From the NCBI RefSeq assembly GCF_001194135.2, contig NC_068999.1:52953337-53017336 (forward strand): a stretch of DNA of 64,000 nt, written 5' to 3'. The translations under genes and the position numbers were made by a program. The notes beneath the pieces are model-generated. The model made no database searches, was not told where the DNA came from, and saw only the letters and a list, made by a program, of their open reading frames with translations. This stretch comes from Octopus bimaculoides (taxonomy: Eukaryota). How positions within the stretch are numbered: the first letter of the stretch is position 1; every line of letters begins with the position of its first letter. Below are positions 1 through 13,434 of this stretch, piece by piece.

Positions 1-129
1 GCTTATCGGTTATGAGAAAAAGAACAACATGACTGAAGGAGAACAATACAAAAAGAAAATTCTGATTAATGTGTAAGCTATGAAAAATACAAGAAGCAGA
101 CAAAATTTAAAGTGTCAGAGCAAACAATG

Positions 130-470
130 GATTTAAAAGTGACTGGATTTTTATTCGTATCGCTGCGGAAGACATGGACAGGATGTACCAGTTTTGAAAC
201 GTAAAATGTTTTACCACAGATAAGCTGAGGGATGGTATTTTCAACATTTGACTTTTACAAAGCAAATTGCCATCTTCAATAAGCTGAGAATCTCCTTCCA
301 TTAACAAGTCTTTCGCAGAGTCACTTCATAAGTGTTTCTGAGACTCCTTAGAAATTTAATTTCAAAGATAATTTGTCTTTATCATTTGTGTCAATGGGAA
401 GCCAGATTTCAGAGATATAAAGAAGGAGACAGTATTTATCTGAGTACATGCGTCAAACACATCATATTCG
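130..470 (+). pseudogene. Degenerate MULE/Mutator-like transposase fragment
   Basis: Manual translation with stops and frameshifts gives WIFIRIAAEDMDRM..TDKLRDGIFNI, then KIICLYHLCQWEARFQRYKEGDS. These resemble the MULE motifs 'IF.T..L...DG(T)F' and 'C.FHL.Q.W'. Matched to remembered motifs only. Confidence 0.35.
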
Positions 471-676
471 TACCAATAAAAAACACAAAAAAAAAAAACA
501 ACTGTTGTTCAGTTGTGTATATTTTCTTCTTTGGAAGCTACTAATGTTAGATCTTACAAATTTGCTATTGAAACAGGTATTACAGAAATATATGCAAATA
601 TATTTTAACGACATTTTCACTAATCAATGTTAGATAATTATGGATTACCATTAATATTGGCGTTTCAAGTATACTA

Positions 677-711
<35 letters not shown>

Positions 712-721
712 TGTATGTATG

Positions 722-785
<64 letters not shown>

Positions 786-1061
786 TGCGTGTGCTTGCGC
801 GCGTGCATGTGTTATGTGTGTATGAGCATGTATGTATCTATATATCTATACACACACACACACACATATATATGTACATACATCTACGAAATCTTATACA
901 TGAGCATATACATATTTAAATATGTGTAAATATGAATGCATGAGTGTGTGTGTGTGGGGGTGCGTGTGTAGGTGCGTGTGCGGATGCAAGTGTGTAACTG
1001 TAGGTGTAGTTTAGTTCATATGTTCTTAGGAATATTCATTTTTTTTACGCATGCGTGACAG

Positions 1062-1110
1062 CTTCTTCGTAGACCAGAGGTACACAGAGAGAAGCAACAG
1101 TTGAAAATAT
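1062..1110 (+). CDS. Candidate small coding exon (LLRRPEVHREKQQLKI), possibly upstream exon of the unknown gene
   Basis: T-rich tract and acceptor gacag|1062 (alternative cgtag|1073), strong donor AT|gtgagt at 1111. It ends in phase 1, compatible with exon 13330-13434. Confidence 0.35.
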
Positions 1111-1546
1111 GTGAGTCAGAGCGTGCATGAATCATCCTCGAGTTCTGCTATCGATTCAGTGTTGCTACTTGACTTGCACGATGCTATGTTGTATTAGAGT
1201 GCGTACTGCTGTATGTTGTATGTTGTATATATTGTTATGTACTTTTGTGCAGTACTGAGTCAAAACACTGACTAAATAAAGGCGAATTGCTAAGAAGAAG
1301 AAAACTCCGATAATTATCTCTGCATGCTTCTCTTTTATTCGATACCCATACAAACTTCCAGCTCAGTCTGTATATTTCTGCATCTCCATTTATATATNNN
1401 NNNNNNNNNNNNNNNNNNNNNNNNNNNNNNNNNNNNNNNNNNNNNNNNNNNNNNNNNNNNNNNNNNNNNNNNNNNNNNNNNNNNNNNNNNNNNNNNNNNN
1501 NNNNNNNNNNATATATATATATATATATATATATACATGAATGCTT

Positions 1547-1581
<35 letters not shown>

Positions 1582-1800
1582 CACACATATATATTCACAC
1601 ACATTCATATACATATATATTCCCTTGTACATATGTGTGTATACATATACATGTATGTATGTATGTATGTACGTATGTATGTATGTATGTATGTATGTAT
1701 GTATGTATATGTGTATGTATGTATGTATATGTAAGTGTTTGTATATTATGTTTTTGCATGCGTCTGTGTCTGTACTTAAATGTGTATATATGTGTGTGTG

Positions 1801-1841
<41 letters not shown>

Positions 1842-1893
1842 GTCTGTCTGTCTATCTATCTATATATTTATAATATATATACATACATATATT

Positions 1894-1932
<39 letters not shown>

Positions 1933-2302
1933 GAAGAGAGAGGGGAGATAGAGAGATAGATATATACACACATATACATACACACGTACATACATACATG
2001 CATAGACACACACACATACATACATATGCAAGTATGTATTTTATGTTTATTGCTTAGTATTTTTATTGCGTAATTGACATCTTTAATCAGTGCATGTGTA
2101 TATGTGTGTGCAAGGGAAGCTGCAAGTTGGCCTGTCTGACTGTCTGTTTGTCTTTCTGTCTGCTTACTCGTGCATGCATATATATGCACGTTTTGTTGCT
2201 TCCTGTGAATGTTATTCAAACTCAATGTAAAAATAGATACGCCATTTTTTGAAATTTGCTTTTGTTAATATTCAACTTTAGCTGTCCTTATAGAAATAAA
2301 TG

Positions 2303-2362
<60 letters not shown>

Positions 2363-2577
2363 CATAACGTCCAATGATAATGAAAATAATGATGATAATC
2401 ATAATAAACCATCTTATGCCTGTTGCAGATTGATCTATGATAACACTAGGCTAGCCATCAGTCAAACTTTCCGCATAGCAAAACGCGCACCACCGATCAT
2501 TCACATTGAATATCTCTTGCTCATACAAGACCGTGCCGAGGGGCTGCGTATTTTTTAGGATTTACTTACTCGTTCCC

Positions 2578-2735
2578 TTCAGCATGGCTCCCACGAACAG
2601 GTATAATACGAAGGTGGTAAATCCTAACAAACGACGCAGACTCTCAATAAAATGCGTAACAATGGAAGCTTCACTGCTGTGGGCCGCCAGTTTGATGTCC
2701 ATAAGTCTTCTACGCGTTCCATTTACAAAATAATT
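2578..2735 (+). mobile_element. pogo/Tigger-type transposase N-terminal (CENP-B/psq HTH) fossil
   Basis: MAPTNRYNTKVVNPNKRRRLSI, then after a frameshift NNGSFTAVGRQFDVHKSSTRSIYK. This resembles the Tigger HTH 'S.AAVGRHYG.NESTVRYI.K'. Confidence 0.5.
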
Positions 2736-2849
2736 GTAGATTATTCATTTATCACTGATTCATTTATCATCGACTCATTTATCACTGTGTTTTAGGATAA
2801 ACGAGGATAGATGTGCATGCTTTTGATGAAATACAAGGAGAAGACATGA

Positions 2850-3320
2850 TACTTTCAGATTTCATCCAACCACACTGCATAAAAACTATTATTTTTCCCT
2901 CAATCGATTTTTCTGCAGAAGGAAATCATATACTTTTGAAAGCAACGAAGCTATCTTAATGATTGTCTCCTAATCTTTCTGCGAACTGTTCATTGAATTC
3001 GATTGGATTTGTTCTGAATTATTTTATTTCAGCAGCCCTCTCACTGATGATGGAAATACTGACAGCTTTAAACTTACAGTTTGACAGTGATCAATTTATT
3101 TCAAAAGTCCCCTACTACCTATTATCACTGTATATTTTTCTTCTATTTTCACTTTCAGCTTATGTGAGCGTAAAGCTGAATTTTCTTTTTATTTGTTTAT
3201 ATTTGATAAATGTCGCCTCATTTCTTACAGGCTGCCATAGATCAACCGCTTCGTCTTCCGGTTTTCGTATTTTTAAAATGGTTTTTGCCTCTTTTATTGT
3301 CTTCAGTTTACTGTTTAATA
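2850..3320 (-). pseudogene. Decayed ORF fragment, possibly RTE-clade LINE ORF2
   Basis: One reading frame with scattered stops (..RNEATFIKYKQIKRKF..SERAAEIK*F..QFAERLGDNH*DSFVAFKSI*FP..). It is loosely like the RTE/BovB EN-RT linker 'ADEIQSFADR.D.K.F..ALK.IYGP'. Weak. Confidence 0.3.
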
Positions 3321-3358
3321 CTTACGGTGTTTCCTATGTATGTGTGTATATGTGTGTG

Positions 3359-3390
<32 letters not shown>

Positions 3391-3672
3391 CATGTGTGAA
3401 TGTATGTATGTTTGTAGGTATGTATGTGCGTATGTATGTGTGTATGTATATATGTATGTATGTGCGTATGTATGTTATATGTATCTGCATAAGTATTTAT
3501 TCATGCATATATGTATGCATGTTCGCATGTGTTTATATGTGTGTGTATATATGTATGTACATATGTATGTATGCACGTACGTATGTATGTATGTTTTGTA
3601 TGTATGCGTATGTATGTCTGTACATATATGTGTGTGTGTTTTGTTTGGTGTATGCATATAAGCATGTATATG

Positions 3673-3707
<35 letters not shown>

Positions 3708-4867
3708 NNNNNNNNNNTGTATGTATGTATGTATGTATATATGTATGTCTGATGTGTGTCTCAACTGAGACGGGAACGCCATTAATACAGAGAATAATCG
3801 TGTTACAAGCGAACATTTTTACCAATAATTTCTGTAGGAAATTCCGTCTGTATGGCGCCTGTTTCTTAATGGAGGACACTGTTTGTAACAAAAAGCAAAT
3901 ATATCCAATATTAATTTAGAAAACAGTAGTCGCCCTAGCTAGTTGGTTAGCAATATATAGTTATTTTGATGTATTTTATGCATGAATGATTGGTAGTGGA
4001 CAATAACTAGCAAGAAACTGTTTTACTTTGTTAGTATTTTGTGTTTATTTTATAACCAACTGGATATTGTGTTCTGAGATGGTTTGCACGGATTCACGAT
4101 TATCTTTATTTGTGGATGTGTGAGTGTGCGCGAGTGCATACATGTGTGCGTGTGAATGTGTGTGCTATCCAATATATAAGAACGCGTGCATGTGTTAGTG
4201 TGTGTATATGCGTGCCTTAGAAGTTTTTCATAGAATGGGTAATAGGGGCGCTGTCTATTTATTGTTTGGACACCAACAATTGATACTCAGAGCTGGACTT
4301 TAGATCAAATGCCGAAGGAGATCCAGAGAATGAGGAAACTTTCCTAAGGGATCTGAGTACTCGAATGAATACTTGTGTCGTTCAGGAGGATTAGAACACA
4401 CGACCTTCTAGCTAAAGAGGTACTTATTCTGTTTGGTACATGTAACTTCGTTTATCACTGATTCAGTCATTACTGATCCGGGTTAACGGAGTAAGCTCCA
4501 CTGTCAACCATGTCACACTTATTACGGATTGATCTATGGTAACACGAGTCGGTGATCAACTAACGATTCTGCTTGTACTGCAAAACATGCAACCCAACGA
4601 CAACCCTCAATGCTTAGCTAACCAGAGTGCATTGACTGTTGCTTGTGTGTACACGACTGTGCTGCCGGGCTGTATATATGTTTCACACGGATTCAGTTCG
4701 CATCAGCATCGGACCAAGGAAGAGAAAAGATACTAAAGCGCTAGATCCTAAAGAATTCCACGAACCCTCGTTCTTTGATTTAGTTTTGCCGACACAAATA
4801 CTCACGGTTTTCTTCGGTATTTGGAAACTTAGCCTACATATTGATTTCAATAGATGTAACTTCAATA

Positions 4868-5094
4868 CAGTAATCCCTCGCCATATCGCGGTTCACCTAT
4901 CGCGGTTTATTATTTAAGCTTACGTCGATTCCTCCGTGGTGTTGTTTTGCATTGATAGTAAAATAAATATAAACAAATTATAAAAATAATTAAAAAAATA
5001 TATACTGTACAGTACTGTTTCTATTTCGGGGATTTTTAGCTATCGCGGGGTTAGGGGTTGGAATGAAACGCCCGCGATAGTCGAGGGATTATTG
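4868..5094. mobile_element. Tc1/mariner (pogo/Tigger-type) MITE, 227 bp
   Basis: TIRs CAGTAATCCCTCGCCATATCGCGG and CCGCGATAGTCGAGGGATTATTG, flanked by TA at 4866-4867 and 5095-5096. AT-rich non-coding interior. Confidence 0.85.
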
Positions 5095-6302
5095 TATTTC
5101 GTCAAATAACTCATGCGAAGTTTCCCAACGCGATTAATGAGCTTTGAGCCTCTATCGCAATTTTGAATCAGCGGCAGCTATTCACTACCATGAAACCAAG
5201 CGATTCACCATACCTACTAATTGTGGCTAAAACATATTTACCAGTAAGGAAACCCCTCTACATGGGCGTCCTGCTAAATTAGAAAATAAATAAATGAATA
5301 AATAAAGAGAAAGAAAAGAAGACATCGTAAAGACTCATTGGATAATGTATTGTAGTTCCAGATAATCGAAAACGATGGGATTGGCATGGCTGGAGCAGAA
5401 GCGATCATCACCATCATCATCATCATCATCACAATGGTCGTCGTCGTTATTACCACCATCATCGTCATCATCCCCATCCTCTTCCTCCCCATCATCATCA
5501 TCATCACCGTCATTACCATGAACAGCAACAACATTAACTACAACAGCTGCGTGAGTGATTATATTTCGATTTACATTTTATTATATGATTCATCAAATGA
5601 TTAAGACATTTAGAGAAAAGAAGAGAGAAAAAAAAAGCAACACAAAAAAACAACAAAAAACAACAAACAAATGGGAAAACAAAAGCAAGAGAAGGAAAGA
5701 GTCGAAACAAACTAAAGAAAAACAGAAACAATTCCGAAAAGTGAAATAACGAAATTTAGGGAGATTTAATTAATTATGAAATGGGCAGATAAAAATCAGC
5801 GAAGAATAAGTTCAAGGTCCAGACACGATTGATAATAGGGAAGGAAGGGGCTAACGTGTCTGTCGGGAAGTCAATGGGATCTAGTAGGAGCTGTATTGGA
5901 ACTTGTATGATTCATGTTGCTATATTTAGATATATTGTCAATCATTGCACATAACATCATAGCATTATTAGTCAATATGAAGCCGGATGCCGTAATGGCG
6001 TTTGCTTACCAGGGAAACGATAATCGTTGATTTAAAATAGTGGCGTTGTGTCTGTGTGTTTGAGTATATTTGTGTGCTTGCTTTATGCATGTCTAGGTGT
6101 GTGTGTGTGTGTCTCTATGTGTGTGTCGGTGGAGGAGTATGTCCGTGCGTATTGGTGTTTGTGTAGGTGGATTTGTGCATGTACATATGAGTGTGTGTGT
6201 GTGTGTATGTATGTATGTTTGCGTGTGTAAGAGCAACCACATACAAGATTACTCACAACCGTGAGTATGTGGACGTGTGTATATACCTAAGTACATGTTA
6301 GG

Positions 6303-6460
6303 GGCAGGAGTGGCTGAGTGGTAAGTTACTTACTTACTAACCACATGGTCCCGGGTTTAGTCCCACTGCATGGCACATTGGGCAGGTGTCTTCGACTATA
6401 GCCTCGGGCTGACGAAAACCTTGTTAGTGGATTTGATAGACGGCAAATGAAAAGATGAAA
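6303..6460 (+). mobile_element. SINE family A, 5' head (tRNA-derived)
   Basis: GGCAGGAGTGGCTGAGTGGTAAG (A-box-like) ... GGTTTAGTCCC (B-box-like), then TTGGGCAGGTGTCTTCGACTATAGCCTCGGG, shared with copies at 23040-23180 and 24650-24810. Confidence 0.8.
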
Positions 6461-6479
6461 GGCAAAGATGACTTCGAAT

Positions 6480-6765
6480 AATTCACCTTTGGAAACATGG
6501 GTGTTTTTCTCAACATCCTTAAACAAACATTTTTCAGGGACCTTTTGAGCAGGATGGGCTACTCGACCTGAAGAAAATTCTAACTAGGCCCCACCTGCGA
6601 GGTCATGCGCTGTTTATTTTGATATGAGATCACCATGTCGCGCACATATGGTTGTGATGCATGTGCCTGGTCTACCCTTATCAGACGGATAGTCATGATG
6701 GGTATACTAGGCTTCATATATTTTACCCCAGTGTCTCTTTGATGGCATGCACTGCTCTCTCACTC
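6480..6765 (+). mobile_element. 3' half of the (AAT)n-associated ~540-bp element
   Basis: Alignable by eye to 40030-40298 (e.g. GATATGAGATCACCATG, CTTATCAGACGGATAGTCATGATG, GATGGCATGCA.TGCTCTCTCACT). Ends in (AAT)n at 6766. Confidence 0.8.
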
Positions 6766-6803
<38 letters not shown>

Positions 6804-6819
6804 GAATAATAATAATAAT

Positions 6820-7010
6820 CCTTACTACTAAAGGCGCAAGGCCTGAAATTATACATCGACACCAGTGTTTCACTGGTACTTAATTTATCGATCTGAAAAG
6901 ATGAAGGGCAAAGTCAACTTCAGTCAAATTTGAACCAGAACGTAAAGACGGACGAAATGCCATTAAGAATTTTGACCGGCATGCTAACGGCTCTGCCAGA
7001 TCGTCGCCTT
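6820..7010 (-). mobile_element. SINE family B (tRNA-derived, (ATT)n tail)
   Basis: Reverse complement of the family B consensus seen at 17533-17737 and 52786-53000. It shares the (AAT)n tract 6766-6819 as its tail. Confidence 0.85.
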
Positions 7011-7714
7011 ACACTTCATTATAATGATGAAAGAAAAATTCATGCTCTAACCGTCTGCACCACTCGCCCACACTTCATAAAAGCTTGGTATATTACGCTA
7101 TCATTCACTTCTTACAAACTGTTCTCAGTTACAACGTAACAATATCAAAATGGCGGATATTGTGGGATAAAGAAAAACATTATGTAAAAGAAAATAAAAC
7201 TACACAGAAAAGAAGCACGAACAGAAATATTAAGAGAAACAACAGCAACAATAACATCAACAACAACACCGACATAGTAATAAATGAAGAAACAACTGTT
7301 AGCATTAACGGTGACTCACATCTGTGCAATCAGACGAGTTCCAAGACTTGTGAATTTCGGGAGAATTCTACATTTTATTGGTTCGCTTCTTTTTGTGCGT
7401 AAATCATTTTTTATTAATTTTTTTTTGTTTTGTTTGTGTGTGTGTGTATATTTTGCGTAACGTTAGTAAAGATAATTGGTTGTTGTTGTTGTAGATATTG
7501 TAGTTGCTGCTGCTGCTGCTGGTGTTGTTTTTGTTGTTGTCTTTGCTCTTGTGATTGGCGTTTCTTTTTTTTTATACGCTTTTTATAGATTTTCTATTTT
7601 CATTTCAGTAAACATACATAATGAAGATATACACAAAATAAATCTATGCTTACATGTGTGCGTGTGTGCGTATGTGTATATGTGTGCGTGCGTATGTAAG
7701 TGTGTGATTGCATG

Positions 7715-7754
<40 letters not shown>

Positions 7755-7817
7755 CATATATCTATAAGTATCTGTATTTTATATGTATATATAAAACATA
7801 TATATATAATATACGTG

Positions 7818-7849
<32 letters not shown>

Positions 7850-7923
7850 CATGTGTTTGTATGTGTGTGTGTGCATGCATATGTATATGTATGTATGCAT
7901 GTATATACGTATGTGAGTGTATG

Positions 7924-7964
<41 letters not shown>

Positions 7965-8102
7965 ATATACAGACGCACATGTATATACATATGCACACAT
8001 ATATGCGTGTCTCTATGTTTAAATTTATGAATACATTTATGTACACACACGCATACTCTCTTTCACTTTCTCTCTGACTCTGTCTCTCTCTCTCTCACAT
8101 GT

Positions 8103-8145
<43 letters not shown>

Positions 8146-8618
8146 AGTGGTGCCACCGCATAAAATAGAGAGAGGAAGGGAATAGCTATAAGTTTTGAAA
8201 TCTTACTTGAACCATGCATCTACTTACACACCCACGCTCATACAATGTTGTGGTTGCACATTTATACATACATACATACACACATATATATGTACATACA
8301 TTCACACATGCATATGCATGTGTGCATATACGTATATATGTCTATATTACACGCACCCCCACATGCACATGCACGTACATGTACAGAAATAAAGAGAGGA
8401 AGACACACATTTTAAAAGCATGTATATCAATATTTTACCTATTATATGTTTATAAATTAATGAGCTCAGACGTATTTTTATACACACAAACAGACGCACA
8501 GATAAATACTTACAACATTTATATAAACACACATGCGTAATGCGTATAGTCACATGATTGAATACATCTACATATATATATGTGTGTGTGTGTGTGTATG
8601 TGTGTGTGTATGTGTGTG

Positions 8619-8670
<52 letters not shown>

Positions 8671-9606
8671 ATGAATATGTCCTGTATGTTTCCAGTCTGC
8701 AAATGCATCAGTGTTAAAGGTCACGTTGTACATATTGTACTATAATTGCGTTTCTCCTATTAATTTATCCAGACTTGGATTTCATGCAACAACTGACATC
8801 CATACAGTTTATATTAACTAGCCAAATAGTCACTAAAACACTTCCCCATGATGGAAGCAAGTAGTGAACAAGTGACTGGAACCTGGTAAATGGGGCAGGA
8901 TTTTATGAACATTCAGAAACAAAAGAATTCCAATAAAGTGTGGAATATACAATGAACCAGTCTCAGGTCGAATTTCTATAAATGCCAAAAAAAAAAAAAA
9001 CAATTCTACATAAAAACTGACTTCCCAATAAATCAATGTGACGAAAGATTATCTATGACATCGCTTGACTTGATATATGGGGGCTAAAAAAACTGCAATT
9101 AGAATACCAGCAGCAGCAACAACAGCATCATCATCATCGTCGTCGTCGTCGTCATCGTCATCAATAGCAGCAGCAGCAGCAGCGGCAGCAGTGGTTTCGT
9201 AAGAAAGCAAATAGAAAATAACATCGACTGAAAATGCAAATATCGATACAGGTTCAGTTTCTTCTTGGTTCCTTCGAAGTTCACGCATACACCTCACCAA
9301 CACTCACACACACACGTGCATATGTATATNNNNNNNNNNNNNNNNNNNNNNNNNNNNNNNNNNNNNNNNNNNNNNNNNNNNNNNNNNNNNNNNNNNNNNN
9401 NNNNNNNNNNNNNNNNNNNNNNNNNNNNNNNNNNNNNNNNNNNNNNNNNNNNNNNNNNNNNNNNNNNNNNNNNNNNNNNNNNNNNNNNNNNNNNNNNNNN
9501 NNNNNNNNNNNNNNNNNNNNNNNNNNNNNNNNNNNNNNNNNNNNNNNNNNNNNNNNNNNNNNNNNNNNNNNNNNNNNNNNNNNNNNNNNNNNNNNNNNNN
9601 NNNNNN

Positions 9607-9639
<33 letters not shown>

Positions 9640-10150
9640 TTCTAAACTCTTCAAAGCAAAGTTTGGATTTACTAATCGAACACGTAGTACAACCGCGGGT
9701 GAACTATAAATTCCATTTAGATTTAATAGACTGCTGATATTGATCTGAATAAAGAACTACGTTTGGACAGCTACAAAGTGCCCTCAGGGATCTGTCTGGA
9801 TTTGCAAATACTATTTTCCTTCATTTTCCAACTCGTATGCTTGCCTCGCACCAATATAACATCTACATACTACATTGAATAGCTAGAATGCCTTGGTGGG
9901 CTCCATAAGGACACACCTTGGATTATAACTCTATCTACATACCAGATACAAAAATAGACTGACAGACAGGCCGGCAGACACATAGATAGATCAAAAAGAT
10001 AGACAAATAGATAGATAGATAGGTTGGTAGGTAGGTAGGTTGGTAGGTAGGTAGGTAGTTAGGTAGGTAGGTAGGTAGGTAGGTAGGTAGGTAATTTGAA
10101 AATATTCTAGTCCCCATATTATATACATAATACATACATACATACATGAA

Positions 10151-10199
<49 letters not shown>

Positions 10200-10204
10200 G
10201 CACA

Positions 10205-10345
10205 TACATGACGATGTTCATTTCAGTTTCCGTCAACCGAATTCATTCTAGGGGTTTTCGTCGGCCCAGTGCTGTAGTAGTGAAACTGAACCCGGAACTA
10301 CGTGGCTGGAAAGCAAACTTCGTACCAAGCACCCATGCCCGCACT
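10205..10345 (-). mobile_element. SINE family A head, diverged
   Basis: TTCAGTTTCCGTC ... ACTGAACCCGGAACTACGTGGCTGGAAAGCAAACTT is the reverse complement of the family A head and abuts a (TA)n/(CA)n tract. Confidence 0.7.
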
Positions 10346-11984
10346 TAGATTTATTTCACTTTATATCAATACCGATATATATCAGCCTTATGGTACCATT
10401 TGAGAGTTCTGTGAATCCATCTGATATTAATTGCTTCCATGATAGATGCAAACACACAGTGCAAATGACAAGTATTGAACCGATGACCCTTCCGTCATGT
10501 TCTCTATATAAACTCAGTGCTATCCCACTAAATCAGACTAATTAAACTGCGTCGTTTTCATTGTCAGCGTGACAGGAGGAAAGCATCAGTAATTGATTGT
10601 TTGCCTTTGTAAAAATACCTAATTAAAAATATTCAATTAAGCAAGCTTTAAACTAATTAACTATTTACGAAACAATAGTGTTCTCGCCACGCCCCGGTTT
10701 GTGGCGCTGATAATGATTTGCTCACACAAGGTGTGGGATATGCATCATCATGATCATCATCATCATCATCATCACCACCACCACCACCAGCACGACCACC
10801 ATTACCACTAACAACACCATCACTGCTACCACCACCACCACCACCACCACCACCACCATCATCATCATCATCGAAGTCATCGTCATCATTATCGTTATTC
10901 TTATTTTCCCGATCTTCATCAACTGTCATCATCAAATTCATCATCAAATTCATCATCGACTCCATCCTCTTCCTCCTCTTCCTCGTCGTCGTCGTCGTCG
11001 TCATCACCATCACCATTATCATCATCAACACCATCATTATTGTCTCCATCACTACCACCACAACAATACAGTTCCACCGCCAACTCCACCCCTAACATCA
11101 TCACTATCACCAACATAAATAACACCAGCATTTTCGCCATGTTGATACCTTTAACTCCACCATGATTCTTCAATCTTCGCCATCCTCCTCCTCCTCCTCC
11201 TCGTCGCCTCCACCGTCCACCTCATTATCGTCGTACTGATTGACCTCTATTACATCACCGAATACTGAGTATTTGGATCGACTCGTGTGCATCGGTTACC
11301 GTCCCTCCAAGCCTTCAGCACAGTTACATCAAATAACAACATACTTTAATTGTTGTAACCGGTTTGTTTTTTATACGAAAAGTGCGCGAAAAATCGAACT
11401 AAACTGCTGCTGCCGGTGTTGTTGTTGTTGTTTTGTTGCTATTGTTGTTGTTGTTGTTCTTGTTCTTGTTCTTCTTCTTGCTGCTGCTGCTACTGTTGTT
11501 GCTGTTTAGCATACTGTCGTCCATGCTAGAGCAGATCTATAACGAAAACATTTTAACCACATCAATTTTTCTTTTCAAGTCATGGTTTCTCTTAGAGTAC
11601 GTTTGTCGTCCAGTACTTTCTTTTATTTTATATCTATATTTTGATTATGAAGACGACGACGATGGTTTGTAATAAGATGTGGCTGCTATTGTGGCAGAGT
11701 GAACGTCGGACAAATAGAGAATAAGAGAGTGGAAGAGAGGGGGGAAAAAATGAAAACTTAGATTTACATCAACCTATGGTAGTGGAGAGAAGATGAAAGG
11801 CTGATAAGGTTTTGTTATTTCTGGCCATCAGAAATGCGGTGAAGCGCTATTTGGCCTGTTGGATATTCTTAACAAACGACTCCAGCGCTCACTTCCTTTC
11901 TTTTTTTTTTTTTTTTTTTTTTTTTCGTAGTGTAAAATAAATATTTATAATCTACATACAAGCATATCAGCAGCAACGTCATCA

Positions 11985-11987
11985 AAA

Positions 11988-12022
<35 letters not shown>

Positions 12023-12029
12023 CACCACC

Positions 12030-12115
<86 letters not shown>

Positions 12116-12128
12116 CACCACCACGACG

Positions 12129-12192
<64 letters not shown>
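11985..12192. repeat. (ACT)n/(ACC)n compound trinucleotide repeat
   Basis: Seen directly. Confidence 0.95.
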
Positions 12193-12780
12193 AAATTGGA
12201 GGGTCTTTAGATTAAAGGTTTACTCGATCAGGTATAAAGTGGAATTATGCTGTAACAAGTCCAATTACGATGACAAAAGCAACGACAAAATTCCTGTTAC
12301 TATAGTTTTATATTTCGGCCGACAAAACGACCTTGGCAAACCTAACTGACATATTGATCGATTGACTAAACAGTTTATTAAATGATCGATTAGTTAAATT
12401 GTTAAATGTTAACTGCTAGACTAATAATAATAATAATAAAAGAAGCGAAATAGAATCAGTATGTTTATGTCTATTATTCGCATAAGGACACTCCCAAGAT
12501 ACAACAAAATGTATTTGCACATGTTTGCATATATCCCTGTTGTTAAGTTTCCAAGGACGGATTGGGATGATAATATACTTAGGTCAGTGTTTAGCTACTG
12601 GTCAGTACCAACAAAATTGACCTATGATCAAGAGCCTTCTAGCCGTAATCATATCATATTTTTCCCCTTTTTTTCCCTGCCATAATTTACCCAGGGCTAC
12701 ATTACCTTACCTAATGTACCCTTCGCTCTTTTCTTTTTACTCAGACCAGTTTTCTTATCAGACCAGATTTGTCTGTGAGC

Positions 12781-12831
<51 letters not shown>

Positions 12832-13329
12832 TACATACATATAAGAAGGATGACCACTAAGTGGTCATCCCTTATGCTAGATGTAGACCCCATATGCTCT
12901 GACCACTAAGAAAAGATTGTTCTCAAGAAAATTCAGCAAACGCCAGAACGTAAGCGAGCAAGACAAATGAAGAGGTACAAAATATAAAGCATAAGGGCCT
13001 TTCAAAGAATCCCTTCCAACTGAGGTATCTAGATTATCCGTTCGTCTCTAAGACCAAGGAAGTCCTCATTGCCAAGAAGACTGGATTAGCTGCTCTTCTA
13101 CTCCATGTAGGTGACTTATCACGCATTTCCCCGTCAGCCCTCTATTCCTAACAGTTAGATGGTCATACACTGCCTTTATTCAAGCGATCCCATCTTACTC
13201 GTCTCCACCTCTCGTCACACTTGTTGCGTTCAGTTCTTCCCAGGTCCCTCATTAACCACTACAAATATTCCTTCCCTCCCACTACATTGACTTTCTGTAA
13301 TATTTCCTTTGTTCATATCTTTCCTGCAG

Positions 13330-13434
13330 GTATCGACTTGCAGCAATTTAAACGGAACATTAACGACATCAATGTCACCGATCTCGGAGGGCCTGCAGAA
13401 GCCATGGACGCCGCTCTCCACGATCCTCGTGTCA
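13330..13434 (+). CDS. Internal coding exon of an unidentified gene (xIDLQQFKRNINDINVTDLGGPAEAMDAALHDPRV)
   Basis: Acceptor ttcatatctttcctgcag|G and donor CA|gtaagc. 105 nt, phase 1-1, GC-richer than its flanks, with strong RNY codon periodicity in this frame. Product not recognised. Confidence 0.75.

Noticed and set aside
12848-12880. Helitron 3' end (hairpin plus CTAG)
   Set aside because: CTAG at 12877-12880 is followed by A, not the T expected for the A|T target, and no TC 5' end was identified.
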